From positions 594 through 64,593 of the forward strand of contig CAYGTK010000004.1 in the NCBI GenBank assembly GCA_964352775.1: DNA of 64,000 bases. The letters run 5' to 3'. The notes under the pieces were generated by a model that was given only the letters and a program-made list of their open reading frames with translations, ran no database searches and was not told where the DNA came from. The position numbers were made by a program, and so were the translations under genes. This DNA comes from an uncultured Chitinophagaceae bacterium. GTDB taxonomy: Bacteria > Bacteroidota > Bacteroidia > Chitinophagales > CAIOSU01. How positions within the stretch are numbered: position 1 is the first letter of the stretch; each line of letters starts with the position of its first letter. This document shows positions 50,186 through 57,860 of the stretch, piece by piece.

Positions 50186-51190
50186 CTAGACTAATACCGG
50201 TTGTCCGTCGACATAAGCAAAATCCTCCGCTATCTGATCCAGAACATTATAAATAACCTTTGCATCGTCCTCTGTCACCAACTTCATACGGTAAGGTTTA
50301 ATGTTAGGGAAGCCACGGAAGTAGTTAGTATAATGCCTGCGCATTTCCATTATTCCTACAATATCGCCCTTCCACTCTTGCGATCTTTTCAGGTGTTGTT
50401 TGGCAGCTGCTACACGTTCTTCTATAGTAGGCGGGGCTAGTTGCTCGCCAGTGGCCATAAAATGCTTTATCTCACGGAATATCCACGGATAACCAATAGA
50501 GGCACGGCCTATCATCACTCCATCTATTCCATATTTCTCACGAACAGCTACGGTTTTTTCACCACTATCTATGTCGCCATTACCAAATACAGGGATGTGC
50601 ATACGAGGGTTGTTCTTCACCTCGCCTATCAATGTCCAATCAGCATCGCCTTTATACATCTGTTTCCTGGTCCGCCCGTGTATAGAGATGGCCTTTATAC
50701 CTATATCTTGTAATCGCTCGGCTACATCAACTATGTATTGGGTATTGCTATCCCAACCCAGGCGGGTTTTAACGGTTACGGGCTTATCGGTCATTTTGAC
50801 AATAGCTTCCGTTAACTCTACCATTTTGGGGATGTTCTGCAATATTCCTGCGCCCGCTTCTTTGTTTACCACCTTTTTTACTGGGCAACCAAAGTTGATG
50901 TCAATAATGTCGGGGTTGGCGCGCTCCACTATGCTGGTGGCTTCTATCATGGAATCTATCTGCCCGCCAAATATCTGAATACCAACGGGGCGTTCATAGT
51001 CGTAGATGTCTAGCTTCTGCACACTTTTATCCGCATAACGGATGAGCCCTTCCGAAGAAATGAACTCAGTGTACATCACATCAGCACCGTTCTGCTTGCA
51101 TAATTCACGAAAGGGAGGGTCACTCACATCCTCCATGGGTGCTAACAATAAGGGAAACTCTCCCAACTCTATGTCGCCTATCTTTACCAT
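50186..51190 (-). CDS. dusB: tRNA dihydrouridine synthase
   Basis: LAPMEDVSDPPFR, INFGCP and HGRTR motifs, plus a C-terminal helical domain. Confidence 0.9.
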   Translation of the reverse strand: MVKIGDIELGEFPLLLAPMEDVSDPPFRELCKQNGADVMYTEFISSEGLIRYADKSVQKLDIYDYERPVGIQIFGGQIDSMIEATSIVERANPDIIDINFGCPVKKVVNKEAGAGILQNIPKMVELTEAIVKMTDKPVTVKTRLGWDSNTQYIVDVAERLQDIGIKAISIHGRTRKQMYKGDADWTLIGEVKNNPRMHIPVFGNGDIDSGEKTVAVREKYGIDGVMIGRASIGYPWIFREIKHFMATGEQLAPPTIEERVAAAKQHLKRSQEWKGDIVGIMEMRRHYTNYFRGFPNIKPYRMKLVTEDDAKVIYNVLDQIAEDFAYVDGQPVLV

Positions 51191-51259
51191 TTTTGCGATA
51201 TACTAACCTTTTTGCTCTGAAAATGGTTGCTATGCAAAGGTACAAAAAACGTAGGGTGG

Positions 51260-52204
51260 ATGTTTAACGACGGCTTAGAGCCGAACAAGGCGCAAAAGTA
51301 TTTAAGCTACACAGTTCTACTGTGGCTAGTGGGCACATTGGTTGGTGGTGTTATCAGTTTATTGTTCATCCTTGTTTTTAGCGAGGGCGGTATGTCTGCG
51401 GCTATAGACGAGCCTAGTAAAATGTATGAACTGGCCAGTACCAATACTATTCGCTGGGCACAGATATTGGCTTCTCTTTTTTCTTTTGTTATCCCTGTAT
51501 TTGGTGCTTTATATTTCTTGGGCTTAAGGCCTATTAAGTATTTAGGGCTAAATATTTTACCGCATTTAGCATTACTGAGCATGATAGCCTTCATCGTAAT
51601 GTTCTTTATGCCTTTGGTGAACATTACCCACCAACTAAATGCTAGTCTTGATCTGCCTGATGCTTTACAGTGGTTAGAAGATTGGATAAGACGTGGTGAG
51701 AACGATGCCAACTCCATTTTACTGCGGGTGTTACAAATGGGCTCCGTAGGGGCATTACTCTTGAACCTTTTAATGATAGGCGTACTGCCCGCTTTAGGAG
51801 AAGAACTCTTTTTTAGGGGGATGGTGCAAAAATTTGCCTCTCGCGCTTGGGCTAATCCCCATATCGCTATAATTTTTACCGCTTTCTTTTTCAGCTTCAT
51901 TCATTTTCAGTTCTTTGGCTTTCTGCCAAGGATGCTGCTGGGTATTATGTTCGGTTACCTCTATTTTTGGACCAACTCACTGTGGTACCCCATTTTCGCG
52001 CATTTGATATACAATGGCTCACAGGTAATAATGGCCTATCAGCTTCAGTTACAAGAAGGCGCAGAAGCTTTGAGTATGGACCCTTCAGGAGTGGATATTC
52101 CTTTAACGACTCTATTACTTAGCACGGTGGTATTTTTTGCGTTGATGGCTTTTTATCAACGGCTTGCTTCCATTCATCATAAACGCATTTTAGATGAGTA
52201 CTGA
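51260..52204 (+). CDS. CPBP family intramembrane glutamic endopeptidase (CAAX protease-like)
   Basis: Trimmed to the ATG at 51260. Motifs EELFFRG, FSFIHF and HLIYN. Confidence 0.8.
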   Translation: MFNDGLEPNKAQKYLSYTVLLWLVGTLVGGVISLLFILVFSEGGMSAAIDEPSKMYELASTNTIRWAQILASLFSFVIPVFGALYFLGLRPIKYLGLNILPHLALLSMIAFIVMFFMPLVNITHQLNASLDLPDALQWLEDWIRRGENDANSILLRVLQMGSVGALLLNLLMIGVLPALGEELFFRGMVQKFASRAWANPHIAIIFTAFFFSFIHFQFFGFLPRMLLGIMFGYLYFWTNSLWYPIFAHLIYNGSQVIMAYQLQLQEGAEALSMDPSGVDIPLTTLLLSTVVFFALMAFYQRLASIHHKRILDEY

Positions 52205-52424
52205 CAGTTGGGCACTGGTTTACAGCACTAAGCAACCTTGGCGGGCCGAGCTATTAAAAGCCTATTTAGCCGAGGCAGAGATAGGTGCCTTTATCATGAA
52301 CAAGCAAGATTCTGCCTATATTTCCATCGGCGAAATAGAAGTGTGGGTGAAAAAAGACCAAGTGGTACGAGCCCTTCACACCATAAAAAAGTATGAACAA
52401 GAAGAACCTGATACAGAGGGCTAG
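52194..52424 (+). CDS. DUF2007-like small protein (putative signal-transducing fold)
   Basis: 76 aa. W..VYST..PWRAELLKAYLAEAEI.AFIMN pattern. Overlaps the CPBP stop by 11 nt and the cdsA start by 32 nt. Confidence 0.55.
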   Translation: MSTDSWALVYSTKQPWRAELLKAYLAEAEIGAFIMNKQDSAYISIGEIEVWVKKDQVVRALHTIKKYEQEEPDTEG

Positions 52425-53226
52425 AACAGCAGTAGTGTTTGTGGGCTTACTCATTGCTATGGTAATGATAAACCAGTATACCTATGCCATATTGATGGGT
52501 GCTGTAATTGCCTTGAGCATTTTCGAGTTCATGAAACTCTCGTTCATGGCGCGCGAAAAGAATCGCATATCGCACCTTTACATGCCCTTAGCCATTGGTA
52601 TGGGCTTAACCTCCTTTGTGCTTACTTTTTTGTCGGTAAATGGAATTATTCCCGAAACCTGGGCTATCTTTTTTCCTGTAGCTCCGCTACTTTTCTTTGT
52701 GCTAGAATTATGGGCTGATTCTGCCCGCCCCTTTACCAATGTATCCATCAACATACTCAGCCTTTTCTACTTAGCCTACCCTATAAGCTTATTGAACTTC
52801 ATTGCTTTCCCCGGCGGGGAATACAATCGCTGGATAGTATTGTCCATGTTGCTCTTGATCTGGGTATATGATGCTGGAGCCTATGTATTTGGTTCTTTGT
52901 TTGGCAGAAACAAATTATTTCCACGTATCTCCCCAGGAAAAACTTGGGAGGGTAGCCTTGGTGGGCTATTTGCAGCCGAAATAGTTGCTTTTTTGATCTA
53001 CAAAATATTTGGTATTTACGAGCTACACCATTGGGTGGTAATAGCCATTATTATCTGCTTGTTCGGTACATTGGGCGACTTGATAGAATCGATGATGAAG
53101 CGTGGCTTAAAGATCAAAGATTCAGGAAATATATTACCTGGTCACGGGGGTATGCTCGATCGGTTCGATGCCTTTTATTTCATGATCCCTTTCGTTTACC
53201 TCTATATAAAGTTGTTCGTTAATTGA
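52393..53226 (+). CDS. cdsA: Phosphatidate cytidylyltransferase
   Basis: Polytopic membrane protein. C-terminal signature SPGKTWEG...GDLIESMMKRGLKIKDSGNILPGHGGMLDRFD. Confidence 0.9.
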   Translation: MNKKNLIQRARTAVVFVGLLIAMVMINQYTYAILMGAVIALSIFEFMKLSFMAREKNRISHLYMPLAIGMGLTSFVLTFLSVNGIIPETWAIFFPVAPLLFFVLELWADSARPFTNVSINILSLFYLAYPISLLNFIAFPGGEYNRWIVLSMLLLIWVYDAGAYVFGSLFGRNKLFPRISPGKTWEGSLGGLFAAEIVAFLIYKIFGIYELHHWVVIAIIICLFGTLGDLIESMMKRGLKIKDSGNILPGHGGMLDRFDAFYFMIPFVYLYIKLFVN

Positions 53227-53437
53227 TCTATCTATTAGACGCAAAATATTAAAACACAACTTTAAGTAATCCAATTTTTTTAACCAGTATTTAAATGCTG
53301 CACTTATTATTTAAATTCGGCGTTATACTTATTATTCATGACGCTTTTGGTTATCCTAAGTCTTTATTTATCAAATAGTCTCTACTATAGTTTATCCTTT
53401 TCTTAATTTTAATAACCTTTAAACAAGAGAAAAAAGC

Positions 53438-54067
53438 ATGAGTTTAAGGAAAGAAGTTTACACAATTGGTCATTCAAATCATACAATCGAATACTTTCTT
53501 GAATTATTGCAGTCACAAAACATTAACTGTTTAATAGACGTAAGAAGCAACCCTGTAAGTGGTTATAACCCGCAGTTTAATAAGGTTTCGCTTAAGGACT
53601 TTTTAAAGTCGAGCCGTATTGTTTACATGCATTTTGGTAAAGAGTTTGGCGCAAGGCATGAAGACTCGGATGTTTTAGATAATGAAGGTGTTGTTGATTT
53701 TGTTTCCTTTCGCAAGTCATTTGCCTTCCAGCAAGGGGTTGAAAGAGTTGATATGGGACTAGATAAAGGATACAGAATTGCACTCATGTGTTCTGAAGGT
53801 AATCCGCTAGAATGTCATAGATTTTCTATGATCTCCGTACACTTAGAAGAAATTGGCATATCTGTAAAGCACATTTTAAAGGATAAGACTGTAAAGTCGC
53901 ATATAGAGTTAGAAAAAGAACTTCTTAAAAAATATTCCGCCAAAATTCCTCGTCCTTCATTGTTTCAATCATCCGTTAACGAAGAACAACAAATTAGCCA
54001 TGCTTATAACCTACACAACAAAGAAATAGGTTGGCGATCTGACAGGCAAAAACACCTCACCAAGTAA
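53438..54067 (+). CDS. DUF488 domain protein (long form, with ~70-aa C-terminal extension)
   Basis: VYTIGHSNH N-terminal motif, LIDVRSNP, and the C-x-E-x5-CHR motif MCSEGNPLECHRF, as in DUF488/YeaO-like proteins. It is the first gene after a 211-bp AT-rich spacer. Confidence 0.75.
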   Translation: MSLRKEVYTIGHSNHTIEYFLELLQSQNINCLIDVRSNPVSGYNPQFNKVSLKDFLKSSRIVYMHFGKEFGARHEDSDVLDNEGVVDFVSFRKSFAFQQGVERVDMGLDKGYRIALMCSEGNPLECHRFSMISVHLEEIGISVKHILKDKTVKSHIELEKELLKKYSAKIPRPSLFQSSVNEEQQISHAYNLHNKEIGWRSDRQKHLTK

Positions 54068-54068
54068 C

Positions 54069-54509
54069 ATGATAGAATTATATACAATCGGCTTTACTAA
54101 AAAAAATGCGGAGAAGTTTTTCACCCTTTTAAAAAGTAACGATGTAGGAGAGATAGTGGACACAAGGATCAATAACACCTCTCAGCTTTCTGGCTTTGCA
54201 AAAGCAGATGACTTAAAATTCATTGGGAAATTAGTTGGAGATATAGATTATTCGCATAATATTGACTTTGCGCCCACCAAAGAGTTACTAGCCGAGTATA
54301 GAAAAAAGGGGCTTTCGTGGGAAGAGTATGAAGTAGAGTATTTAAACCTATTAGATATGCGAAATGTGGCGAAGAAGGTTAATGTAGACCATCTACATAA
54401 AAACTGTTTGTTATGTAGCGAGCACACACCGGAAAAGTGTCACAGAAGGCTGTTAGCTGAATATTTACAGCACGTGAAGGGAGGAATAAAAATTATACAC
54501 TTACAATGA
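54069..54509 (+). CDS. DUF488 domain protein (short, divergent paralogue)
   Basis: LYTIGFTKK replaces the GHS motif. IVDTRINN and LCSEHTPEKCHRRLLAEYL are present. Its start lies 1 nt after the upstream stop. Confidence 0.75.
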   Translation: MIELYTIGFTKKNAEKFFTLLKSNDVGEIVDTRINNTSQLSGFAKADDLKFIGKLVGDIDYSHNIDFAPTKELLAEYRKKGLSWEEYEVEYLNLLDMRNVAKKVNVDHLHKNCLLCSEHTPEKCHRRLLAEYLQHVKGGIKIIHLQ

Positions 54510-55150
54510 GGATTCTCTGTTTAGCCAATTCCTTTAAAACAGGAGGTAGATGTTTAGCGGGTATCTTATTAGATGAAAACAACACCCCTATATTAGAACA
54601 TAACAGACCAGTATGGATAAGGCCGATTTGTGACACAGACCATGGTCAGGTACCAAAGCATTTATGCGAACACTTCAGGCTTGGAGACATAATTGAATTG
54701 AACAACACTGTAAATGTTGGAGAAGGCTACCAAGCAGAAAACACAAGTTTTGATGAGAAATCTCTTCGAAAAGTAGGAGAGTATTCAAGTTCAATAACAC
54801 CATTTTGCGAGAACAGTTTTCGCTTTAACCTATTCGGAAACAGAGGTGGAGCAGTTATAAAAGACCAAATTGATAAAATCAACTATTCACTTTCATTAAT
54901 AGAAGTAAATAAATTTGAGATAGTTCAAAGGAGTTATGAGGGAAAAGAGCATCCCCAGATAAGAATGAAATTTACTTTTCAAGGGGCAGAATACGATTTA
55001 CCGATAACAGACCCAGCATTTCTAGAGCGATTAAACAAAAAACCTCACATTCTAGGTGATACCGATTCAATTTTTCTTACACTTTCACTTGGTGTAGAAC
55101 ATGAGGGGTGGTATTCTAAGCTGGTTGCAGCAGTTATTGTTCCCAAGTAG
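54506..55150 (+). CDS. Uncharacterised Cys/His-rich protein, third gene of the DUF488 cassette (possibly a dual-OB-fold protein)
   Basis: ATGA start/stop overlap with the upstream gene. N-terminal MRILCLANSFKTGGRCLAGILLD..WIRPICDTDHGQVPKHLCEH. I recall similar N-termini annotated as dual OB domain-containing protein, which I could not verify. Confidence 0.55.
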   Translation: MRILCLANSFKTGGRCLAGILLDENNTPILEHNRPVWIRPICDTDHGQVPKHLCEHFRLGDIIELNNTVNVGEGYQAENTSFDEKSLRKVGEYSSSITPFCENSFRFNLFGNRGGAVIKDQIDKINYSLSLIEVNKFEIVQRSYEGKEHPQIRMKFTFQGAEYDLPITDPAFLERLNKKPHILGDTDSIFLTLSLGVEHEGWYSKLVAAVIVPK

Positions 55151-55216
55151 ATGTATGGTAAGCTAATATAAAACGCCTTACTGCTAACCATTAAATACTA
55201 CAATTAGAACCATCGT

Positions 55217-55250
55217 TAGCCATAGCTGTTAGCTATGCTACGATTTTGTT
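55217..55250 (+). terminator. Possible terminator hairpin after the DUF488 cassette
   Basis: TAGCCATAGC-tgtta-GCTATGCTA is an imperfect 9-bp stem with one bulged C, followed by cgATTTTGTT. Confidence 0.35.
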
Positions 55251-55251
55251 C

Positions 55252-55259
55252 TATTTTTG
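55252..55259 (+). promoter_or_regulatory. Candidate -7 promoter box (TATTTTTG) for psd
   Basis: Perfect TAnnTTTG ending 27 nt upstream of the psd ATG. No clear -33 element. Confidence 0.4.
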
Positions 55260-55285
55260 AGCCCTATTAGAGATTCTTTACACGA

Positions 55286-55942
55286 ATGACCATACATAAA
55301 GAAGGATATAAAATACTAGCCGGAGTGGTTCTATTTCTGGTTGGCCTTAATGCCGTTTTACGGTATTTACTGCACGACTACGGATTGCTTATAACCGCGG
55401 TTACTATAGTTTCTGTCGCTCTGTTCCTTTTTGTGCTGTTGTTTTTCCGTAGTCCGCGACGCTTAATTTTTCAAGATGAGACTAACGTTATCTGTCCTGC
55501 AGATGGTAAGGTGGTTGTAATAGAGCAAACGGAAGAAAATGAGTATTTCAATGACAAACGTATTCAGGTATCCATTTTCATGTCGCCAAGCAATGTGCAT
55601 GTGAATAGACATCCTGTAAGTGGAATAGTAAAGTACATTAAGTACCACCCTGGTAAGTACTATGTAGCTTGGAACCCCAAATCATCCACTAAGAACGAAC
55701 GCAACACAGTAGTTGTGGAGTCTGGTGGTGTTGAGGTGCTAATCCGCCAAATAGCTGGAATGGTTGCCCGCCGCATAGTTCATTATTTAGAAGTAGGTGA
55801 AGAGGTAGAGCAGGGTAACGAACTTGGTTTTATAAAATTCGGATCGCGAGTAGATCTTTTTTTACCGTTAGACGCGGAAATTCTAGTAGACCTTAAACAA
55901 AAAGTGAAGGGTGGTAAGACTGTAATTGCCAAGTTGGCTTGA
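55286..55942 (+). CDS. psd: Phosphatidylserine decarboxylase proenzyme (short, Bacteroidota type)
   Basis: 218 aa with two N-terminal TM helices. ICPADGKV, SPSNVHVNR, and the self-cleavage motif FIKFGSRVDLFLP (G-S). Confidence 0.9.
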   Translation: MTIHKEGYKILAGVVLFLVGLNAVLRYLLHDYGLLITAVTIVSVALFLFVLLFFRSPRRLIFQDETNVICPADGKVVVIEQTEENEYFNDKRIQVSIFMSPSNVHVNRHPVSGIVKYIKYHPGKYYVAWNPKSSTKNERNTVVVESGGVEVLIRQIAGMVARRIVHYLEVGEEVEQGNELGFIKFGSRVDLFLPLDAEILVDLKQKVKGGKTVIAKLA

Positions 55943-55980
55943 TAGTTGCTCCCTTTTCATTATATTTGAACACTAAATTA

Positions 55981-56349
55981 ATGATCATGAAAAATTTGAT
56001 GACCCTTTTATTTGTAGTTGCTTTTGGCGCAATGTCTTTCGCACAAACTAGTACTACTGCTACCATGAAAGCGGTAAACCAAAAAGAAGTTGCTCAGCAA
56101 ACTGCTGAAGCTAAAACCATTACCCCTCTAAAAGAAGGTGTAACACAAGCAACGGTTACTGCTGATAAAGTAATACCTACAACGCCTAGCGTTGAAAGAT
56201 CAAAAGAAGCATTAAGCAAAACTGCTGCTAAGCCAGCTTGTACTGCAGCACAGAAGAAAAGTTGTGCTAAAACTTGTTCTGCTAAGAAAAAGTCAAGCAC
56301 TGCTGCTAACGTAGTTCCTGCTAAGACTACTGCTGCAAAAACCGAATAA
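55981..56349 (+). CDS. Small secreted low-complexity (Ala/Thr/Lys-rich) protein
   Basis: Trimmed to MIMKNLMTLLFVVAFGAMSFAQ. The mature part is A/T/K-rich and carries a Cys cluster, CTAAQKKSCAKTCSAKKK. A strong terminator follows. Confidence 0.5.
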   Translation: MIMKNLMTLLFVVAFGAMSFAQTSTTATMKAVNQKEVAQQTAEAKTITPLKEGVTQATVTADKVIPTTPSVERSKEALSKTAAKPACTAAQKKSCAKTCSAKKKSSTAANVVPAKTTAAKTE

Positions 56350-56373
56350 GTATTGCAGACTAACTAATTATAT

Positions 56374-56404
56374 AAAGCCCTTATGGTTCCATAAGGGCTT
56401 TTCT
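56374..56404 (+). terminator. Rho-independent terminator
   Basis: AAAGCCCTTATG-gttc-CATAAGGGCTTT, a 12-bp stem running into TTTTCT. Confidence 0.75.
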
Positions 56405-56466
56405 ATTACTTCATGAACTTTTTGCAAGCCGCTGTGTTTGCACCCTATCTTAAGAACACATCAATT

Positions 56467-57732
56467 ATGAGAACTTATCTAGTTTTTTTATTAGCTCTTT
56501 TAACAATTGGCACCACCTTTGCGCAAACTAAGTGGTCGCAAGTAGCCGATTATAATGGCGATGCACGTCATCACCCGATATGCTTTGCTATAGACTCTTT
56601 TGGTTACATCGTTTCTGGTAGTAACAACGCTGATGTAGCTTTTCCTGATGTTAATCGTTACAACGGCAATACTGGAACTTGGGATGAATTAACTGATTTT
56701 CCTGGCGGACCTCGTGGTTTCGGTGTTGGATTAGCTTATGACGGAAGTGGATACCTAGGGTTTGGGCTTGACAATGGTTTCCCGCAAATATTATATGATG
56801 ACTTATGGCGTTTTGACCCAGCTACTGAAACTTGGACAGAACTTGCGCCTTTACCCGACAGGCCAGGAGCAGCAGGTTCAGGAGGAAGGTTTCACCCAGC
56901 ATTTGTAGCCCTTAATGGGAAAATATACGTTGGTTTAGGTGGCGGTCGTTTCGGTAACGATAGCGACTGGTGGGAATATGATATTGCTACCAACGTTTGG
57001 ACACAGAAGGCTGATTTTCCTGGATTACAACGTCATCACCCTTATTATTTTGCCATTGGAGACCATGCTTACGTAGGCCTTGGCCACGGAGACAATGTTG
57101 GTGGACAGTTTAATATTTTCAATGATTTTTACAGATACGACCCAGCAACCGATACTTGGACAGCCATTGCCAGCTTACCTTCTCAAGGTCGTGTAGCAGG
57201 TACTCAGTTTGACTATGAAGGAAAAGGATATGTATTGGCTGGTCAAGATGAAAACCACGCTCACTTTGAAGGAGAGCTTTGGGAATATGACCCAGATTTA
57301 GACACATGGACACAATTAGAAAGTTTCCCATTACCAGGAGGACGCTGGGCACCAGGTTCTTTTGTTATCGATAGCTCTTTGTACTTCAATAGTGGTGAAG
57401 GGTCTAACAATCAGGTAAACAACGATGTTTGGAAATATCAGCTGCCAGCACCAGTTGTACCGGTAGACACTACACAAGACACTACCATGGTATCTGTGAA
57501 CGGTATCGCTCAGTTAGAGATCATCAAATTGTACCCTAACCCAGTTCAAAACCAATTGATAGTAGAGCAATTATCGCAAACACCTGTTTCTGTTAGTTTG
57601 TTAGACCTAAGCGGTAGAACAATGACAACTACAGTAGCTGAAGGTGTATCAACTATTGATATGGCTAACCTTCCATCTGGAATGTACATTGTTGCCATAG
57701 GTGAGAATCGCTACAAAGTGATAAAAGAGTAA
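56467..57732 (+). CDS. Kelch-repeat beta-propeller protein with T9SS type A CTD
   Basis: Trimmed to MRTYLVFLLALLTIGTTFAQ. Repeated ..W(E/R)YD(P/I)AT(D/E/N)(T/V)W(T)... Kelch-like units (WRFDPATETWTEL, WEYDIATNVWTQ, YRYDPATDTWTAI, WEYDPDLDTWTQL). C-terminal YPNPVQNQLIV..GMYIVAI tail. Confidence 0.75.
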   Translation: MRTYLVFLLALLTIGTTFAQTKWSQVADYNGDARHHPICFAIDSFGYIVSGSNNADVAFPDVNRYNGNTGTWDELTDFPGGPRGFGVGLAYDGSGYLGFGLDNGFPQILYDDLWRFDPATETWTELAPLPDRPGAAGSGGRFHPAFVALNGKIYVGLGGGRFGNDSDWWEYDIATNVWTQKADFPGLQRHHPYYFAIGDHAYVGLGHGDNVGGQFNIFNDFYRYDPATDTWTAIASLPSQGRVAGTQFDYEGKGYVLAGQDENHAHFEGELWEYDPDLDTWTQLESFPLPGGRWAPGSFVIDSSLYFNSGEGSNNQVNNDVWKYQLPAPVVPVDTTQDTTMVSVNGIAQLEIIKLYPNPVQNQLIVEQLSQTPVSVSLLDLSGRTMTTTVAEGVSTIDMANLPSGMYIVAIGENRYKVIKE

Positions 57733-57860
57733 TGAACGGGGGATTCGGTAATGAACATTCGTTTACTATAGTAGCCGTAGGGCTGGTATTTGTATTTGCC
57801 CTTATTTTTTACGGAGTATACTTAGACTATAAGCGCGTAAGTGGTGGCGATGATGACTAA
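57732..57860 (+). CDS. Possible 42-aa single-TM small protein (not in the ORF track)
   Basis: My own translation: MNGGFGNEHSFTIVAVGLVFVFALIFYGVYLDYKRVSGGDDD. Its ATG overlaps the Kelch gene stop (TAATG). It has a hydrophobic core of about 20 aa and a charged tail. No other support. Confidence 0.25.
   Translation: MNGGFGNEHSFTIVAVGLVFVFALIFYGVYLDYKRVSGGDDD

Noticed and set aside
53295-53378. A 27-aa hydrophobic ORF (MLHLLFKFGVILIIHDAFGYPKSLFIK) in the AT-rich spacer upstream of the DUF488 cassette.
   Set aside because: It is too short and sits in very AT-rich DNA, where such ORFs arise by chance. It has no supporting signal.
53232-55271. An 8-bp direct repeat CTATTAGA at 53232-53239 (just after the cdsA stop) and 55264-55271 (just before the psd start), bracketing the DUF488 cassette like a target-site duplication.
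   Set aside because: An 8-mer shared by two AT-rich spacers of about 200 and 135 nt is close to chance expectation. The match does not extend, and no recombinase or inverted repeats are present. I noted it only as something to re-examine if relatives lack the cassette.
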